NCBI GenBank assembly: GCA_034408725.1
Contig: JAWXCN010000161.1
Span: 1-52,177, forward strand
DNA: 52,177 bases
Reading direction: 5' to 3'
Source of the DNA: Candidatus Hydrogenedentota bacterium
Lineage (GTDB): Bacteria; Hydrogenedentota; Hydrogenedentia; Hydrogenedentales; SLHB01
A program made the position numbers and the translations under genes. Positions within the stretch are counted from its first letter, which is position 1, and every line of letters starts with the position of its first letter. Below, in pieces: positions 49,196 through 52,177 of the stretch. The notes beneath the pieces were generated by a model. That model was given only the letters and a program-made list of their open reading frames with translations. It was not told where the DNA came from and made no database searches.

Positions 49196-49528
49196 TCACA
49201 GCAACATTAAATGCGCCGCAACCTGATCTTGAACAAATTCGCGGATTGCCTCCGCGTGTGTTCTCAACAAGTCTTCAATCGGCTTGACAGGACAATTCCC
49301 GACACGGATCCAAATGAATTTCGGCGGAAAACCGTGCAACAAACTACGCTGCTGAAAATCGGAATCTTTCGAAACGCTTACAAACTCATTGTCCTTCGCG
49401 AACTGCCATATATCCGCATCGGAAGCGTCGCGCAACTCCACGTCGCGTACATGCACGCTATCGGGATAAATATTTGTGAGAAGACGAGGCAGGTGAGGCG
49501 AAAGGTTTTGGTCGAACAGCAGCTTCAC
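49196..49528 (-). CDS. DUF5615 PIN-like toxin (VapC45-like)
   Basis: MKLLFDQNLS, HV.D..L..ASD.DIW, SKDSDF. Confidence 0.92.
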   Translation of the reverse strand: MKLLFDQNLSPHLPRLLTNIYPDSVHVRDVELRDASDADIWQFAKDNEFVSVSKDSDFQQRSLLHGFPPKFIWIRVGNCPVKPIEDLLRTHAEAIREFVQDQVAAHLMLL

Positions 49529-49758
49529 GCAGGCAACGTAGCCAATTTACGCTCACGGTCCGCCGCAATCGCCAAACACGCGCGAATATCCTCATCCGTT
49601 AGATCAGGAAACTCCGCCAGCAGTTCCTCGTGCGACATGCCCCCCGCAAGGTATTCAAGCACATCCGTCACCGTCATACGCGTCCCGCGTATACACGGCT
49701 TTCCGCTACGCTTGCCGGGCTCGATAGTAATGATTGCGCTGTAGTCCATGTGTTCCAT
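49525..49758 (-). CDS. DUF433 antitoxin (VapB45-like)
   Basis: PGKRSGKPCIRGTRMTV, EFPDLTDEDIRACL. Confidence 0.94.
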   Translation of the reverse strand: MEHMDYSAIITIEPGKRSGKPCIRGTRMTVTDVLEYLAGGMSHEELLAEFPDLTDEDIRACLAIAADRERKLATLPA

Positions 49759-49789
49759 GACTCAATAATACCACGGATGCTCATTGATA

Positions 49790-51025
49790 CTATCTTGCTG
49801 CCGCCCCTGCGGCAGCGCCGCTTTCGTCTCCGTTGCTCCGCTTCAATACGTACGCCTCCGCGCGGAGGAGTTCGCTATTCTTCCCCGCGAGCACTTCGGC
49901 GGGATCAGGCTCGACCACTTCGTCCGGTTCGATGCCGTTAAACTCGATCGGCTTGCCGTCGGCGCGCCAACGGCTGCGCGTGGGCAGTGAGACGGTGGCG
50001 ATGCCGGATGGGAATTTCCATTGCCGTTTTGAGCTCGAAGCGCCGGCGGTGGTTGAACCGAAAAGGCGGGCTTCTGCGAGCTCCGCGAAATCGCGCGCCA
50101 GGGTTTCGCCCGCGGAAATGCAACCCGCATCGATGATGACGGCGACGGGCTTGGGCACGCTCTTCACCATGTCGAGCAGCGCCTGATCGTATCCGCCGCC
50201 GCCGTTCCCGCGGAGATCGACGACCCAGCCTTTGACGTCCTTGTGTTTGTCGAGTGCTTCTTTCATGCCCTCCGTCACACTTTGATCGACACGGCGCAGG
50301 TACATGTAGCCCACGCCGCTTTCGAGCGTGCCGTAGAGAAATGATCGGCCGAATCGGGTGAGCGGTTCGGGCATGTTGTAAACGTGGGGCCAGCCGCGGG
50401 CTTCGGCGTTGTTTGTGACTGTGATTTCCTTTTCTTCGCCGTCCACGAGGTAATGAATTATGTGGGATTCACCCTGCTTTCCGCGAAGGGGGATGCGGTA
50501 AGCGTATAGCCGAGCGCGTTGAAACGAGGATGCGAACATGGTTTCCCAGTTTTTTTGGACCTGTTTTTCGAGGTGGGTGTAGGCATCATCGCCGTCGATT
50601 CGCAGAATGATCGTGCCCACTTTCAGATCGGGCGAGAGATTTGGATCAACGGTCATGACGATTACGCGGTGATCGGTTGCGGGCATGAACGTTATCCGGG
50701 GGCAATATTCGGGTTCCGGTTGCGGCAGCGGCGTCTGGGTATCGGACAACGACATATGCGAATCACGGAGCACGCGAAATGCGTCGATGATTAGGCCGAG
50801 AAACGCTGCGTCGGTCGTACAGGCTTTGGCGTGTTCTTCCAGTTGGGGCTTGGCGGTATTCCAGTCCGCGCGAATGTTTTTCAGATCGAAGAAAGGATAA
50901 GTGTCGTCGATTTCCTTGGCGAACGCCTTCCAGTCCGCGACATAGGTTGTGGGATCGCTCTCTGCGAAACTGCACATACCAATCGCCACGACCAAAAGCG
51001 CATATCGCGAGAAACTGGGTGACAT
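49790..51025 (-). CDS. S41 family peptidase, exported
   Basis: LRDSH, VGYMYL, DLRGNGGG, SAGE, G.TTAG, GIEPD. Confidence 0.9.
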   Translation of the reverse strand: MSPSFSRYALLVVAIGMCSFAESDPTTYVADWKAFAKEIDDTYPFFDLKNIRADWNTAKPQLEEHAKACTTDAAFLGLIIDAFRVLRDSHMSLSDTQTPLPQPEPEYCPRITFMPATDHRVIVMTVDPNLSPDLKVGTIILRIDGDDAYTHLEKQVQKNWETMFASSFQRARLYAYRIPLRGKQGESHIIHYLVDGEEKEITVTNNAEARGWPHVYNMPEPLTRFGRSFLYGTLESGVGYMYLRRVDQSVTEGMKEALDKHKDVKGWVVDLRGNGGGGYDQALLDMVKSVPKPVAVIIDAGCISAGETLARDFAELAEARLFGSTTAGASSSKRQWKFPSGIATVSLPTRSRWRADGKPIEFNGIEPDEVVEPDPAEVLAGKNSELLRAEAYVLKRSNGDESGAAAGAAAR

Positions 51026-51046
51026 CTGGATTGCCCTCTTTTTTAA

Positions 51047-51081
51047 GGACTTATGGGACTTATACGAGTTATGGGACTTAT
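51047..51081. repeat. ATGGGAC-type 9-nt-period repeat arm
   Basis: GGACTTATGGGACTTATACGAGTTATGGGACTTAT; inverse-sense relative of 15819-15852. Confidence 0.65.
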
Positions 51082-51094
51082 AGCTTTTGACTTT

Positions 51095-51952
51095 TCAAGC
51101 TTTGGCAAATGCAGCCGTATACCACACCCATGGCGCGCTGGTTACTGCGGCGACGTTCCAGCATACCAATAAAAATGATGCGTATCGCGCGGGGTATGGG
51201 CGGTCTTTCAGGAGCAGCGTGGCATCGATAATAAACCATATTGCGCCGATGACCAACACCGTTGCGACAACTGTCTCTCCAAACCATATATGTACCCAGA
51301 ATGCTTCGGCGATCAATGCGATGCCGATCAAAATCTTGGATCGCATGCGACCCAGGACAACGGCGGTGGTTTTGCGGCCGGCCTTTGCGTCCGGTTCGAT
51401 GTCCATCACCGCGCCAAAGAGGTGCGAGTGCATGGCGAATGCCGCGCCGAATACGAACGTCTGCCACGGGAGCTGCGGCGCGCCGTTCAGCCAACTGCTA
51501 AGCACGAACACGAGCAGGTAACTGGATTGAATCAGCAGATCGAGGCAAGGCCAGTTTTTCATTCCAACGCGGGGCCAGTTGTTCAGCGTTACCGCGATGG
51601 CGGCGACGGCGAACAGCGCAATGATTTTCGGACCTTCGGCCACCAAGAAATAAATGAAGAACGGAAGCTGAACGGCGAGGATGCGGAGCGGAAGTTTTGT
51701 TCGCTCCCGCTCCGTGAGGCGCGCGCCAAACAAATAGCTGTCTTTGCGCGGATTGATTTGGTCGGTGGCGTAGTCGGTGAAATCGTTCCAGCCGTAGATG
51801 AACATGCCGAGCGGTAGCGTGACGTAGAAGAGTCCGATGTAGAATGCGGGGTCCTGGAACATGTCCATGCCGCCGACGGGGAGTAAATAAAACCACATGG
51901 CGGTGGTCCACAAACCCGGACGCGACACTTTCAACCAAACGGAGAATCGCAT
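51095..51952 (-). CDS. UbiA family prenyltransferase
   Basis: KVSRP..W, NDFTDYATDQINPRK, DIEPDAKAGRKTTA Asp-rich motifs; multi-TM. Confidence 0.9.
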   Translation of the reverse strand: MRFSVWLKVSRPGLWTTAMWFYLLPVGGMDMFQDPAFYIGLFYVTLPLGMFIYGWNDFTDYATDQINPRKDSYLFGARLTERERTKLPLRILAVQLPFFIYFLVAEGPKIIALFAVAAIAVTLNNWPRVGMKNWPCLDLLIQSSYLLVFVLSSWLNGAPQLPWQTFVFGAAFAMHSHLFGAVMDIEPDAKAGRKTTAVVLGRMRSKILIGIALIAEAFWVHIWFGETVVATVLVIGAIWFIIDATLLLKDRPYPARYASFLLVCWNVAAVTSAPWVWYTAAFAKA

Positions 51953-52014
51953 GACACCTCGGCTCAGAGTTGCAGGGACGATACGCGGTTGGAGTTTTGG
52001 GCGCAAGGGGCGCC

Positions 52015-52177
52015 TTGGAGTGCGGCAGCGGGTAGCTGCCGCTTTGACTTCACCTGGCAACGTCGCTTCGCGATTAAGCGTGTTTACCGTGTTTTCTATT
52101 CACGTGTTCCTGAAGCCTTCAACTTTATTGGAGGATTTCGAGTACCCCGAAGTGAAAGCGGCGCTGACACGCCGCAG
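52015..52177. repeat. TTGGAGTGCGG-type REP-like inverted pair (truncated at window end)
   Basis: TTGGAGTGCGGCAGC-GGGTA-GCTGCCGCTTTG ... AAAGCGGCG..CGCCGCA; degenerate copy near 26653-26685. Confidence 0.6.

Overview
GC-rich bacterial chromosomal segment from a diderm (LolA, OmpA-like and beta-barrel genes). A DUF1559/H-X9-DG-type signature (NNLKQLGLVLKMYAN...LREGIERFLITDIN) suggests Candidatus Hydrogenedentes or a related lineage (inference). Housekeeping blocks (Xaa-Pro peptidase-efp-accB-accC; proC-DivIVA-lolA-maf; tRNA-Val, tRNA-Glu) are interleaved with many accessory units: two four-helix-bundle genes, each enclosed by inverted short-period repeat arms; four toxin-antitoxin pairs plus an orphan antitoxin; a blaI/blaR1-like pair with an unusual sensor; and a frameshifted Avs-like STAND defence gene. 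There is also a 10.6 kb operon of three paralogous unknown proteins with MBOAT, SGNH, FGE-like and TolB-like partners, and a tandem pair of secreted Cys-His-Asp/Asn proteins. The most striking unexplained signals are: (i) a promoter-to-terminator ~250-nt unit carrying 17 nt complementary to the 16S rRNA 3' end; (ii) several families of 6/7/9-nt-period repeat arms that pair as inverted repeats around inserted genes; (iii) the triple-paralog MBOAT/SGNH operon. All family calls are from motif recognition by eye, with no database searches.
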